Positions 1 through 12,800 of a stretch of DNA of 64,000 bases are shown here, piece after piece; position 1 is the first letter of the stretch, and each line of letters starts with the position of its first letter. Both the position numbers and the translations under genes were made by a program. The notes beneath the pieces are model-generated. The model did no database searches, was not told the origin of the DNA, and saw only the letters and a list, made by a program, of their open reading frames with translations. Source of the DNA: Amoebophrya sp. A120 (lineage: Eukaryota; Protista; Dinoflagellata); assembly GCA_905178155.1 (NCBI GenBank), contig CAJINV010000004.1:10647655-10711654 (forward strand), given 5' to 3'.

Positions 1-3000
1 ATGCATGACAGGATTTGTCTGCCATGCAGAACATATTTCTCATGCTGTCACCGGAAGACACCTACACTAACACAGTTTTTTTTTTATTGGAGAGCGGCGC
101 GTCCGCGTCGTCGTCGTCGTCCAATGTGCGTCTGTTTGGCGGCGGCGGACTGGCGAGGCCGAACGTGAAAGAGGAAAGCAATTTGTCGGGTATGGTGGGC
201 AACAACGACGGAGACCATCGTGAGAACAACGGCAACGACGGTAGTGCTCCCGCAAATTTGCAAGACGGCAGCAAGGCCAAGTCGGAGAACAAGTTGCTAT
301 CTGGCAATTTGGACGAGAATGACATCGAAGATCAGGCAGCGAAGAAGAACGAGGAGAAAAAGCGTAAGGCACAGCGGAAAATGTATCCCAAAGGAAAGTA
401 CACCCAAACTAGAAAAAAAAAAATTGTAAGTATGTATTTTTTTGAGAAAGTGTTGGTGTACTTTTCTGGAGGATAGAATGCCCACCTTGAAGCGGTCAAA
501 GTTTCTGGATCCGAAAAACGGCATCTGGAAGATCAAAAACGAATTCGCTTCGCTCATGATCGAGCCTAGAAAGATTGACGAGGCAAAAATAAAAATTTTC
601 AACAAGTCCGCGATCGACCTGCAAGAGGCAGCCAAGAAACACAAGTGCTACTGGAAATCCCACGACGCCAAGCCACACGAAATCATCTACGACATCGGGA
701 AACGGGTATTTTTCCGTAGGGGGCCCTTTAATCCATGAAAGGAATGTAGTACAGCTGCTGCTGCACCCCCATGATCAAGAAGGTCAGACCGCAGGAGAAC
801 AAGCATGAAAGTAGAAATTGTTACTTCAATTAGATCAAATGCAAAACAACTACAGGTATCCCTGACAGCAATCCACTTTACGTTACGTGGGTGCGACAAG
901 GACAATATCAGCTACAATCCGAAGGGCGTGTCCGTCTCTTACGCACAAGAAAAAGAGCTCGCTCCCGACGCCCAGGCCTCCTGGTTGCCCGCGAAGAGAG
1001 TCTTCTGCCCGAAGGAAAATAAGGAGCTCGAGGTACTCGCATTTTGGGTTTTCTTTGGAAGTAGCAGCAAAAATATTTGAATCAGATAATCCTTTCGTGC
1101 TGGCTTATTAGAAAATTTTGCACCAACAAGACGTGTCTTTTACATCTTACATATATCTCCATCTTCCCTCTAACAACCAACACGAAAGGTTTCCTGGCGA
1201 TGCGAAGTGCCAGCGAGGTACTGATATCAAAGGGAAAAGTGCCTGTACACCAGGACCTGGATGCAATTGTCTTGCAAAAATTCTCAATGGAAACACTCCC
1301 TATTTTCTTGCAGGTGAAAAACATCAGCACAAGTTTTTCATTCAGAATAAGTAGAAAAATCTGCGAGTGCGTTGAGCAACAGTGGAGCTTGGCATGTCAA
1401 TAGGTGCTTTGCGCGCCTAGAATCTTAATCATGAAGCTGCCGAGTCCTTTGATGCAATAGAAAAAGTTAGTACCGGAGCGCCGTAATTCTTTTTTTCACC
1501 TGAGAAAAAGTTCGGAGCGCCCGAGGATGTATGACAGCGATGGCTTCGGTCCGCCTGGCTCCGCTACCTGGGTGGCGGCCTGACCGTCTGCGGAAGAAGT
1601 TCCAAAAGCAGGTTTGGCGTGGTTCGTGGCTCCTGCAATCGGATGCACAAGACAAAAAGTTTCCATTTGCAAACTGGGCATGATCTGATAAGATATGTTC
1701 CACTTCTTCTGGAGGGGATGCGGCACACCTTTTCACTATGATAACTAGCGGGTAGAATTCGAGCAGGCGTGGGACGACGCGCCGCACATGATCATCAGTG
1801 CCTGCAAGCTGATGGAGGCTAACAAGAAAGAATTCGGTAAGAAGGGCAACGAGTACGAGGATTTGTTCCAGATTTTGGATTATTTCCGAAAGTTCGCCAA
1901 ATCCTGCGACCAGAACCTGCATTTAGAGGATTTCATTCGGCACAGCGAGAACACTATCCGAAGTTGTAAAAACGTGCCCACCGCGGCCTCGCGAAAGGCA
2001 AGGGGGGATATTGTGTTGAGACCAGGTCCGGAACCTTGTTTTGGGACTCGCGCATGACAAACTTGGCGTTGGAGTGTACTAGTCGTGCGTTGCTGGTCCA
2101 GACGGGTCACACATCCCGTCTCTTATCCGGATGAGCGCATGACAGATTTTTTCCAAACACGACTAGAAAATACCTCTCATCGTTGACGAGCTGCACAAGT
2201 CTGGAGTGGGGCCGTTTTTACATAGGATAAGCATTCTGACCAAAACAACAATCGACGAATTAGAGGAGCAGATGGAATATGCAGTGCAAAAACATTATGT
2301 TTGGGTCTGGAAGACGAACCTCGCTACGGTACGTCGTCCTTCGCTCTCCCGCCTCTCTGGGTCAAAATGTAAAAGTGAAACCTGCATGAAAACAAACCTC
2401 GCAATTTTATTCCAGACCCGGACGTTTACATTTTTACACTGCATATGGAAAGCGGCGAAAACAACCGGGCAAAAAAACAGAAGCTGCCGCCGCCCAGAGC
2501 GTATCCTGCACAAAAGTTTAATTTATCGTGCTAGCCCGACTAACTGGAATTGCACTTTTGCTTATGCCTGACCGATTTTTTTTCTGACCTAACCCACCTG
2601 CACGAGAAACCTCATTCTTCCTCCTGGAATGTTGATATGAATTTGTGATGTAATAGCAAAGTCTGCGATAGTACTCCTGTAAAAATGCATAAACCATTGG
2701 CCTGGAATCTCCGGTGCGTGCACAAAAATCCGGACTTCGCACCGCCCGAGCCGGTGGTGGACGGTGGGTGGGGAAACAGTGGGGTCAAGGCGGAGGCAGG
2801 TACTCAAACAGTACTCGCTAGAGCTGAGAACTAGTTAGGGAAACTTTACTTTTCGTATTCGCCCTTATTATCGTGAGAAGTTGTGGGGTCGTTTGTTCGA
2901 TTTTGAAGCAATGTTTTATCTTCCTCACACAACAACAATTACAGGCGCAAACCAGGAGGGCAACGACGGAGACGACAACCTGAACGCGCCGGATGATCGA

Positions 3001-3733
3001 GACAACAAGAAAGCGGATGAAGACGAGATGATGAAGGACTCCGAGGAAGCGCATAGAAAAGCGGAGGAAAAGGCAAGAAAAGCGGAGGAACAGGCAGCAC
3101 GTGACAAGCTTGTGGAGGAAACCGCCAGAGAGATGGCGGCTAAGCGGGCGCTGCGGGCGCAGAAGAAGCTCGAAGAGGAGCAGAAAAAGCAGGCGGATAT
3201 CAACTACAACCATGTCTTTGAAATAAATCTGTATTGCATAAGCAGCAAGCCGCGCCTCACTCTCGTCAACGTCATGCAAATAGTCGCAGCTTGTTTTATG
3301 CGTGCTGTGTATGAGAAAGCGTGAAAAAAATTTCAATTTGTCTTCGCTTCCCTGCAGTTAGAGGCAAACTCAATCAGAACCATTCAGCATGACAAGTTTA
3401 TTGCAGACCTCCCAGACATGTTTGCAATTCATAGCAAAGGCGGCCAACGCAAAGCTGTCGGAGGAGGAGAAAAAGCGCATCGCGGAAAGACGCGCGGCAG
3501 CACTGGCGAAAAAGAAGGAGCTGATGGAGCAGAGAGCGCAAAATGGAGGACAAGCTGCTTCACAGGTGGGAGGAAATCGGGAGATGAGTGTCGCATCCGT
3601 ACAACCGGCACCACAGACCACGACGAGCTTGTCCGAGGAGCAGAAGAAGCGCATCGCGGAGAACAAGGCGAAGGCGTTGGCCATGAAAGAGCAGAAGAGA
3701 AAAGAGGCGGAGGAGAGGCAGAAATCGGCGTAA
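1..3733 (+). CDS. TIPIN: TIPIN/Csm3/Swi3-like replication fork protection protein, multi-exon, 5'-partial
   Basis: Exons encode RKMPTLKRSKFLDPKNGIWKIKNEF (~375-546) and KKGNEYEDLFQILDYFRKFAKSCDQNLHLEDFIRH (~1838-1943), resembling the Swi3 domain. The C-terminus has two copies of LSEE(E/Q)KKRIAExxxxALA, the RPA32-binding motif of TIPIN/SMARCAL1. Stop TAA at 3731-3733. Not all exon boundaries are resolved. Confidence 0.75.
384..475. mobile_element. Mini introner (92 bp)
   Basis: TATCCCAAAGGAAAGTACACC...GGTGTACTTTTCTGGAGGATA inverted ends, flanked by AAATG/GAATG. Removal gives R-K-M-P-T-L in frame. Confidence 0.8.
2278..2445. mobile_element. Introner, family A (GGGTCTGGAA TIR)
   Basis: TATGCAGTG...CACTGCATA ends; TSD TGGAA; the join reads QME|SGENN. 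Confidence 0.85.
3198..3433. mobile_element. Degenerate introner
   Basis: TATCAACTACAACCATGTCT...AGACATGTTTGCAATTCATA; flanks GCGGA/GCAAA; joins two in-frame exons. Confidence 0.6.
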
Positions 3734-4402
3734 AGGAAACTTTAGAAATGTGTTATGAGTTGTCTTCTGAAAGGTTCTTGTGGCAAGTGTCAGCAGGAGG
3801 AGCTGTGAGTTGATACAGATCGTGGATACAGCTCGTGGAGCTGTGAGTTGATACAGCTGTGAAGTCGAGAGGATTCAGAAATACCGTGATGGTCGACATG
3901 AAGAAGAAACTCCGTGCAAGTGCTGGCGCGCTTTTGTGCCTGGTGTTGCTCCTTCACCGGTTGCACTTGTGTGTACTTGTGGATGGGTTGTAGCAGCACA
4001 ATTCTTTCGTAGCGTTGAGAGATATTGCAGCTTGTCTCGTCTTTCTATCGCAAAAGCCGCCCAATATCAGAGAGAAAGTAAGTGTGAGCGTAGATGAGCA
4101 AAACAAGTTTGAGCCAAAAGCCGCTTTTCGTAGAGGTCGTTTGAGGGCATGAAAACAAAATCGCTTTTTCGTATTTGTACGTAATTCCGGCATGACAATA
4201 AATTGTATCACCACCTCGTAGTTTTATTCAGAAGTACCTACCTAGAGAGGGTGATCCAGAAAACGTTTTCATCTGTAAAAAATTACCCCTACAGTCGTTC
4301 GGACATAGTAGTTCCGTTGCTTTGCGGCAACTACAGAAGCGACCGATCCAGCCGAATCAGATAAAACGAAAGAGACAACACCAAGGGTCATTCGTCAACC
4401 TC

Positions 4403-7400
4403 ATGTCGTCCACCGGCGGCAAGCTGGATGCGTCTTCGGACGGTGCAGACTTGCACCTGACAACGACCAAAGACGTGATATCGTCGTCCGGGCGCACAAA
4501 TGATTCCTCATCCGCACGGAAAGGAACAAATAACACCGGCACCAGCAAGACGAGCACCCCCCTTATGAAATGTAAAAATGTCTGGGTCTGGATCTGGAAG
4601 AATGCAAGTTTGTCATGCTTGTCTGGCATGACTCGGAAATCTGTGATGCATAAGCACGAAAAAGCCTTCTTGCCTGTCATGCAAAAACGCAGTTTGCCAT
4701 GCGGAATACGTAAGACATGGCAGCCCAGAAATTTGTCATGCATAGCTGCGTATTGCAGTGCGTCTATCATTCATTTTTAGCATTACAAGTTTCCAGACCC
4801 AGACATTTTTACATTTGATACCCCTGAGCCTCCACGTCTCCGACTGGATCGAACTGTTTGGTTTTGGCTGGGGCCATATCAACTGCAAAAATGTCTGGGT
4901 CTGGAAGAATGCGAACTTGTGATGCGTGTTGCGGATCGTACAAAAATCAGTGTTGCATGACTTGCAAAAGGTCCCCATTTCTGGCCATGTTGAGAGGGCA
5001 TTTCTCATGCAGAATAGGCATCACCAAGGGGCTGCAGAACCTGTGATGCTAGGCCCTGCATTCCAGACCAGGCGAAGCTTGAAAAACTGCATGACAAATC
5101 TCGGAATCTTCCAGACCCAGACATATTTGCATTTGATAGGCCAGGTGAAGATTTTGAACAACGTGGGCGGGATTTGGCTCGCGGACGGCGCGGAGCTGCT
5201 CCTACTGTCCGCGTTAATCCGCGCAGTGTCTTTGGAGTGGGACTTGAACGCCGCGGAGCGGGGCGGGATCGTCTCTGTCGTGTTCATCGGTGTTCTGCTC
5301 GGAAACCTGCTTTCTGGCACGTTGGGCGACGCGATCGGTCGGCGGGTGGTGACGCTAGCCGGGTTTCTGTTTATCGTGGTCTTTTCCGTCTTGTCGGTCT
5401 TCGCCTGGTCCTTTTACAGCCTGGCTGCCTTTCGACTGGGCGTCGGAGTGGCATTTGGTATTTTTATCAGAAAAAATTGTTTGTTGCAGCATGGCTAATT
5501 GAAAATCGCACAGGTCCAACATTTTTGCTTTCCGTGAATATGTTTTGCCATCGTGTCAACGAAATAAAGCATTTTTGACGACACAAGTTAAGCAAGAGCT
5601 GCTCTTTAACAATAACAGGGATCGGGCAACCGTCCGGCGTGGCTTTGATGAACGAACTGGTCCCGGCGCACATTCGTATGGCGGTTCCTTCCCTCTGCAC
5701 GACCTACTTTGTTTGCGGCGAACTGTTCTCCATCTCCCTCATTTGTCTGAACGACCCGGACATGAAAGAGCTGAATTGGCGCGCTCTCGTCCTTTTCGGC
5801 GCCATCCCGTCCCTCATCTACGGAATTTGGGGACTTCACGTGCTGCGGGAGTCCGCGCTGTGGCTGCAAGGGAAAAACCGGACGGCGGAGGCGGTGGAAG
5901 TACTGGAGAAGATTCGGAGTGGCAACCGCGCTGCGGCGGCGAGTTCGTCCATTCTCCCGCCGATCAATTTTTTGCGTAAAATCCGTCGCGGCGAGCAGGG
6001 CAAAGCGTTGGCGCTGAAAAACGGGGTCAGCCTGGACGAAAACGTCACCGAAGCAGGAAACGAGGCGGCGAATTCCGTGTGGCGAGTCCCGCTCGTGCTG
6101 AAGGACCCCGAGGAGGACAAGGCCATGCCGTCGTCTCGTCGGGATATAATGACCGCCGGAGCATCAAATGCGGGACCAGCAGCGGCAGGCGACAATGGCT
6201 ACGCGGTTGTGGCGGTGGAAGACACGACCACGACCCGAAGTGCTGGAAATTATCATCCGCAAGTAGAACAAACGGGCGACACCGGCGGGCCGCCGGCGAT
6301 CGAAAAGTCGGAAGATGACTGGCTCCAGCGGTTCTTGTTGGTCATCTCTCCAAAATACTTCCCGACGACGTTTTTCCTCTGTTTCGCGCTGTTCACCTGC
6401 AACGTGGTCTTTTACGGTGGTTTGTACGTGTTTCCCCAAGTCCTCGCCGACATGGGTGAAACGCTACCCGTGAAACCGGCGATTTCCCTCATGATCGCCA
6501 CCTGCTTCGAGACCATCGGGGCCTGCTGTGCGTTTTTCGTCGGGTCGAATCTGCTGCGGAAACCCGCGCTGTCCGTTTGGCTCCTGTGCTCGATGTATCA
6601 AGTGTAAAAATGTCTGGGTCTGGAAGAGTGCGAACTTGTCATGCTAAATCTGAAGCATGCAAAAATCTGTGTTGCATGATAACCAAAAGCCGCCCAATTT
6701 CGACCAAGTCGGGAGGGAGTTTCTCATGCAGGATACGCATGAGAGAGATAGAGATTGCACAGAATCTGTCATGCTAGGTCCTGCATTCCAGGCTTCGTGG
6801 GTCATGGAAAAGCTGCGTGACAAATCGCGTATGCTTCCAGACCCAGACATTTTTACATTTGATACGATGTTCTGCGTCACCCTGTTCATCGCCGGCGTGC
6901 CGAAGGTTCTGCCCGGCCCGGAGACGAAAGCCGTGCCGGTTTTGGCCACGAGAACGAGCGCGTCTAGTGGTACGCCCTCCGGCGGCACAGGGTCATCTTC
7001 GTCTTTGTGGTCCGCCTCCCCGCACGAGCCGCCGATTGCGACTTCCACGGGCGTCACAGCCGCGGTGTCAGGCACTACAACTGGTGGAGAGCGGCTAGGA
7101 CCAGGAGCAGGAGCAGCGAGGCAAGAGGAAGTAGAGGACACCTCAAGTACATCTTGGGTCACTGCGCTTCTCGGGAAAAGCACGAAGAGTAAGCACAAGG
7201 ACGAGTATCTGCAGAAGGAACGCGTGGAACAAACTGCAGTGCCAGCTGCCACAACCAGTGAGAACACTGAGAGGGCTCAGCACAAGGAAAAACTCGCGTT
7301 GAAGAGCACACCGCTCGGGCCGGCGTTACTGGAGGACGAGGAAGAGACACCGCTGTCGGCGGGTGCAAGCCCCACGGCACCATCGGGCACAAATGATGCG

Positions 7401-8293
7401 GAGCGGTATGTGGTCGTGCCGAATCTGATTCAGAATTTTCTCGAGGTGGAGGAAGGAGAGAACAAAGACGCATCTACTTCTTCTTCACAAGACGCACAAC
7501 AGGAACGACAGCACAGTGGTGCATCAACTTCTTCTTCTACAGAGGGCAGCAACACAAGAAATCGCGGCCACAGAAGAGAAGTACCAGAGTCCCGTGGTTC
7601 AAATTCTTACACAGGAGCTGCCGCCCAGAAGCTCTTGCAAACACAACAGAAGAACTCGGCCTTGGCAGCGCACGAAGTTGTACAGTCTGCCCAGGAGCGA
7701 GAGGCCAAGCGGCTGGAGCTGGACGAGAAGCTGGGACACCGGACGCACGTCACGGATCTGCTCCTCCAGATTGGCCTGTGTGGACAGAAGGTCACCGTCG
7801 TCATGGGGTTTGCGCTGATCACGCTGTTCGCCATCGAATCCTACCCCACGCACTGCCGCGCCACCGGGGTCGGTGCGGGGATCGCGACCGGGCGGCTCGG
7901 CGCGATAGCGGTCCCGCTAATCTACGAGGGACTCAAAGAGTCGACGGGCACGCACGAGGCGTTTTTCGTCTTTGTGCTGGGGCTGATGTTCACGTCGTTG
8001 ATGCTGGTATACTGGCGTGGTTCAATGTTGAGTGTACGGTTTGGTTGTTTGTAAACATGATTGAAAGCGTAGTTGGAACGGCGTAAGGATTTGATCAACC
8101 CATTTTTATATGTTTCTAAAACCACAAACAGCTTCTCTTCCTGCCCCTGCGAGAGACCTCTGGCGCCTCTCTCGACGACGTGGACCAGGAAGTCGACAGC
8201 GGGAAGGAAACGCGCATGGCTTTCGATTATTTGTTCCGGACTAGTAGCAGCAAAGACGACGCGCCGCTTCTCCCCATGCCGAACACGCTGTAG
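4403..8293 (+). CDS. MFS transporter, SVOP/SV2-like (paralog 1)
   Basis: Exons ~4403-4563, 4826-4876, 5144-5457, 5619-6595, 6870-8006, 8132-8293. Motifs GFGWGQ, WLADGAE, GTLGDAIGRR, ESYPTHCRATG and LPLRET; 12 hydrophobic segments; GT-AG introns at 5458-5618 and 8007-8131. Confidence 0.9.
4564..4820. mobile_element. Introner, family A
   Basis: TATGAAATGTAAAAATGTCTGGGTCTGGA...TTCCAGACCCAGACATTTTTACATTTGATA; perfect TSD CCCCT; frame restored (TPL|SLH). Confidence 0.95.
4877..5138. mobile_element. Introner, family A
   Basis: Same TIR; TSD GGCCA; the join gives GFGWGQVKIL. Confidence 0.95.
6596..6864. mobile_element. Introner, family A
   Basis: Same TIR; TSD CGATG; the join gives LLCSM|FCVTLF. 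Confidence 0.95.
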
Positions 8294-9805
8294 ATCTTCG
8301 AGGATGACCGGCCATACTGTGTTGAGTAGCGCTGGTGCCCCCGCGGAGGACCATGCTGCGGAGGGATGACCATCGGAGCATCAACATGCTGCGAAGTGCG
8401 GAGCTCTTTCACCACACGACCCTACCAGAGAACTTTTTCAACCAGGAGAGACTCATCTTGAGTTCTTGCTGTGTTTTGTTTTTTCCATGAGATGAAGTCG
8501 TCCTTTTCTTCGCGAACTCACAGTTCACTCGGGCGTCATGGGTTTTCTTCCTCGACGAGTGCGGACATAGCGCAGATCTTCACGACCCTCGATTTGCAGT
8601 ACTAGTTCGTTCTTGGGTCGGTTGCCCTTGCCGCCGTCTGATCGTCCAGAACAAGTGGTGCTTTCCGTTCGAGCTAGTTTCGGCGTTTTTTTCTCGTCTC
8701 TGTTTCAATTTTTTTTGGTACGCAGAAATGCTTGCTAACGTTTCCATCAAGTGCTTTGTTCGCGTTAATATTTCCTCAAAAGTTTCATAATACGTGAACT
8801 TTTCTCCCTTATGCAGATGATGCAGCACACTTTAATCCACAATCCACAATTACTGACTCGAAGATTGATTGACCCAATTCAGAGCTTAGCTAAACGGCAA
8901 GGGTCACCCGCCACAAGCCCTTCGGGCCTGAAGTTGCACCAGTTGCTCCTGGTGCGAGTGGTCCATTACCATCTCGTGTACGAGACCTTTCCCACCTTGC
9001 TAAGGAAAAGAACTTTTTAAACCTCAATGCCGACGATAATGTCGTTTCCCACGCGAACTCTATTTTGCTTGTTTTGAAGACGTTAAAATAAAAACGAAAC
9101 GACGCAGCGGCTACTTGCATATAGTATCCGCGAGATGCTAACCCTGACACGCTCTTCGAGCGGTCAAGCTGTAAGTGTACCGCGAGCGTCTGGGAGCGAA
9201 GGTCGAGATAGTATTGCAAGTAAGTAGAGTTGTATTGAGGAGGACGTACGCCGGTGGCTGCACTGCTGCTACGCAAACGTTATCACAGGTGAAAAGAGGG
9301 AACAAGAACTTGGCATAAAACTTGTTCAATCTTCTAGGTGAGAGTTGCTTGCTTGCAGCGAAGGGCGAACATGACAAGCTTCCGTATTTGAGGGTGTGAT
9401 GCAGAGTGTGAGGGGAAAAATAGTGCGAATAGAAATATTTCACTTCTTGTAAAAAAAAAGATGTAGCCCGTCACGTGCGAATGCCAAAATCAACTTTCGC
9501 TGTACTAGAAAGGCCGGAAGTTGTGTTGAGAAGATTGATCAGAGGTTCTGCGATGACGCATCTGTTCATCTAGAATGAAGCGACGACCGCGTTAGTGCTC
9601 GGGTCGGTAGACTACAATGAGCAGAGCTATTCGCCAGCTGAGAAGACGTGGAAATCCCTGAAGAGCCACCCGGTTGTTCGGATGGAGCGGGGCGAAACGG
9701 CAGGTTTGTCCAGCAGACGCATAGAACTCCACCTACGGGCTCGGAGGGACTCCTGCATCAAGACTCCGTTGCTTTATTTCATCCAAACTCCTAAACCACG
9801 AAAAC

Positions 9806-12800
9806 ATGGCCGACCTGGCGGAACAACAAGTGGCCTCTTCAGCAGGTCCTCCTGCGCACCAGCAGGGCGGGACTACGTCTACGACGAAGTTTTCCACTAC
9901 TTTCGGCGCGAAAAGGATGAGCTCTTTCACTTCAGCGATAAACCCTTTTATGAGCAACAATCCGTCAACATCTGCGTACGAGGACAACAAGCTGCAATTG
10001 GAAGTCCACGAGTGGGTGGAGGTGATGGGCATGGGCAAGGCGCAGCTGGTTATTTCCAATCTCGGGTACGGCATTTGGCTGATGGACGGCGCGTATGCAT
10101 TGCAAAAATGTCTGGGTCTGGAAAAGTGGAACTTGTGTTGCATGTCTTGCATTCCTGAAAAATCTGTATTGCATACCTAGCAAGAAAGGCGCTACTTTTT
10201 CGTCCTACAAAAACGCAGTTTGTCATGCGTGCTACGCATCAGACGGCGTCAAGTATACTTGTCATGCTTGGCTGCACTTGAGAGCGCCAGTCTTATCCAA
10301 GCTTTAGCATCACAAGTTTCCAGACCCAGACATATTTGCAATCCATAGCGCGGAACTGATCCTGCTCTCGTCCCTGATCCGGGCGGTGGCGCAGTATTGA
10401 GAGGAAAAATCCCCCCTCCCCATATCGAAAAGGTATATTTGCAAAAATGTGTGTTGCGGATTTGAGGGCACAAATCACATCTGTCTTGCAAGAAGGCAAA
10501 CCCAGAGAATCCGCTGCCTTAGGGAGGCGATTTGTAATGCTGTTTCACCTACATGGCAGGCCTCTCTTATGCCAAGAGCCTGCAACAAAACACCCCTACG
10601 CAGGCTGGGGCTTTGCCTGTAGTGCCTCGCTGCAAGACAGGGCTGATTTGTGTACACAAATCCAGCAACAGAAGTTTCCGTTTCAATATGGGGAGGGGGG
10701 ATTTTTCATTTTGATACGCAGGAGTGGCAGTTCACCTCCATGGAGCGCGGCATCGTGGTGGGCATCGTGTTCTTCGGGGTGCTGGTGGGCAACGTGCTCT
10801 CCGGGTCCGTGGGCGACTCCCTCGGGCGCCGGTCCGCGGTGCTGGCTAGCTACCTGCTGGTCGGGATCTTCTCCGTCGCGAGCGTCTTTTCCTGGGACCT
10901 CTACTCCATCTGCTGTTTCCGGTTCGGCGTGGGCTTCGCGTTCGGCATCGGGCAGCCCAGCGGCATCGCGCTCGCAAACGAAACGGTGCCAACGGACTGG
11001 CGGATCTTCTTGTCCTTCGTCGGGGGAACCTACTTTGTGCTGGGGGAAATGTACTCCATCGTGCTCATCTGCTACGACGACATCCACATGCAGGATTTGA
11101 ACTGGAGGTAAGTGCTACCTGTTATCCTGCACATGGATTCATCATCGCTTTTTGTTTCTGCTGGCGATGTGATGTAGTCGCCATGGTGGAGATGTGATGT
11201 CGTGTGAGGATGATGAAATCCATCGTGTGTGGTGCATTTGTTCAGCAACAAAGACAGGAGCGATGAACTTGTTCTTTTGAAACGGGCCAATTTATTTTGC
11301 TCAATCCAAATTAATCCACCAGGTGGCTGATTTTGATGGGAGCGGTTCCCAGTCTGCTTTGGGGCGTCGCCGCGCTGCTCCGCCTCCCGGAGTCTCCGTC
11401 CTGGCTGCACTCCAAGGGGCGTTTGCGAGAGGCCGTGGAGTGTTTAGACTGGATGCGGCGGCAGAACTTCGAGTGGCGCAAGAAGGGGTCGAGTTTGCAC
11501 GCGTCCACCGAGTTGGCGCGTACCATCGAGCAGTCCAGCGGGCTCTACCCGGACGATTTTGCGCCCCGCGTCGTGGCGGACGAGACCGAGCTGGCGCCAA
11601 ATTCCATTTGGCGCGTTCCCATACACTTTCATGAGGAGGACCAGGAGGGTGCTGCGAATGGCGGAGGCAGTGCAGCGAACGGCGGCAGTCGTAGAACCTC
11701 CGCTGCACCACTACATCGCGCAACAACTATGGAGGAAGCTGCGGAGGAAACGAAGACTGGCGACGCGGTGGCCGCACCTGCTGCGGGCGAGCTCGAACAG
11801 AAAGAGGGGGACGAGACTGGAGCGAAAGAAGCAGCAGGAGAACAAGCAGCTGCAGGAGCCCCATCGATGAATGGAGCTGCATCGGGTTCTGCGGGAACAA
11901 AAAATAAGCCTCCTCCTCTTCACGAGAACCACGAATACCACCAGCAACATCCCTCTTCGAAGAAAACTTTTATGCAGCGGTTCGTGACCGTCATTTTGCC
12001 GCCGCACGTTGCGACCACGTGTTTCCTGGTTTTCTCGACCTTCACCTGCAATGTGGTGTACTACGGCGGCATGTACGTGTTTCCCCAGGTCCTTGCCGAC
12101 ATGGGCGACACGCTGTCCATCCCCGCCGCCTACAGCCTGTTCATCGCCTGTTTCTGGGAGCTCCTCGGGGCCGCCATCGCTCTGGCGGTGGGAGATCGGG
12201 TGTCGAGGAAGAAGGCCATGGTGATCTGGCTCATTTCCGGCTCGACGTTCATTTTCATGTTCATCGCGGCGCTGCCGAGTCTGAACCTGGACGCGCTATG
12301 CATTTGCAAAAGTATCGTTTTGTACAAGTATGAAGTAGTGTGAACTTCTGACTTGGAAAATAGAATTTGTATAATGCTGATTGGCCTACGCCTAGGCCTG
12401 GGATGAAGCATGAGATTTGCAACTTTGTCATGCAAGAGCACTGCAATTGCTACGACTGCGAAGATACTTTGCCTAGGATACGCGCCCAGTCACGAACACG
12501 ATAAGACCGATATGAACTTTTCCTCTTCTCACCGGTACAACGACGGCGAAGAGGAGGTCGTCATAGCCCCGGCCGGCGCCGCGGCGATGGGCCCGCCGCC
12601 GTTGATGCGGCAGGACATTTTTCCGGCCACCGAGGACGCCGTTTTGTCCTCGAAGGCTGCCCCGAAGGAACCGGCGGCAGCGCAGGAGAAGGACCCTTTT
12701 ATACTCGGCAGGCTCGGCGCAAAGCAAAGCAAGAAGATCACGGTGCAGATAACGACGAGTAGTGAAAAAGCGGGCGGGGCAGGAGCGAAGGCGAAGGGTG

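Noticed and set aside
8580-9443. Short minus-strand ORFs between the MFS genes
   Set aside because: No recognisable motif or splice structure; treated as intergenic.
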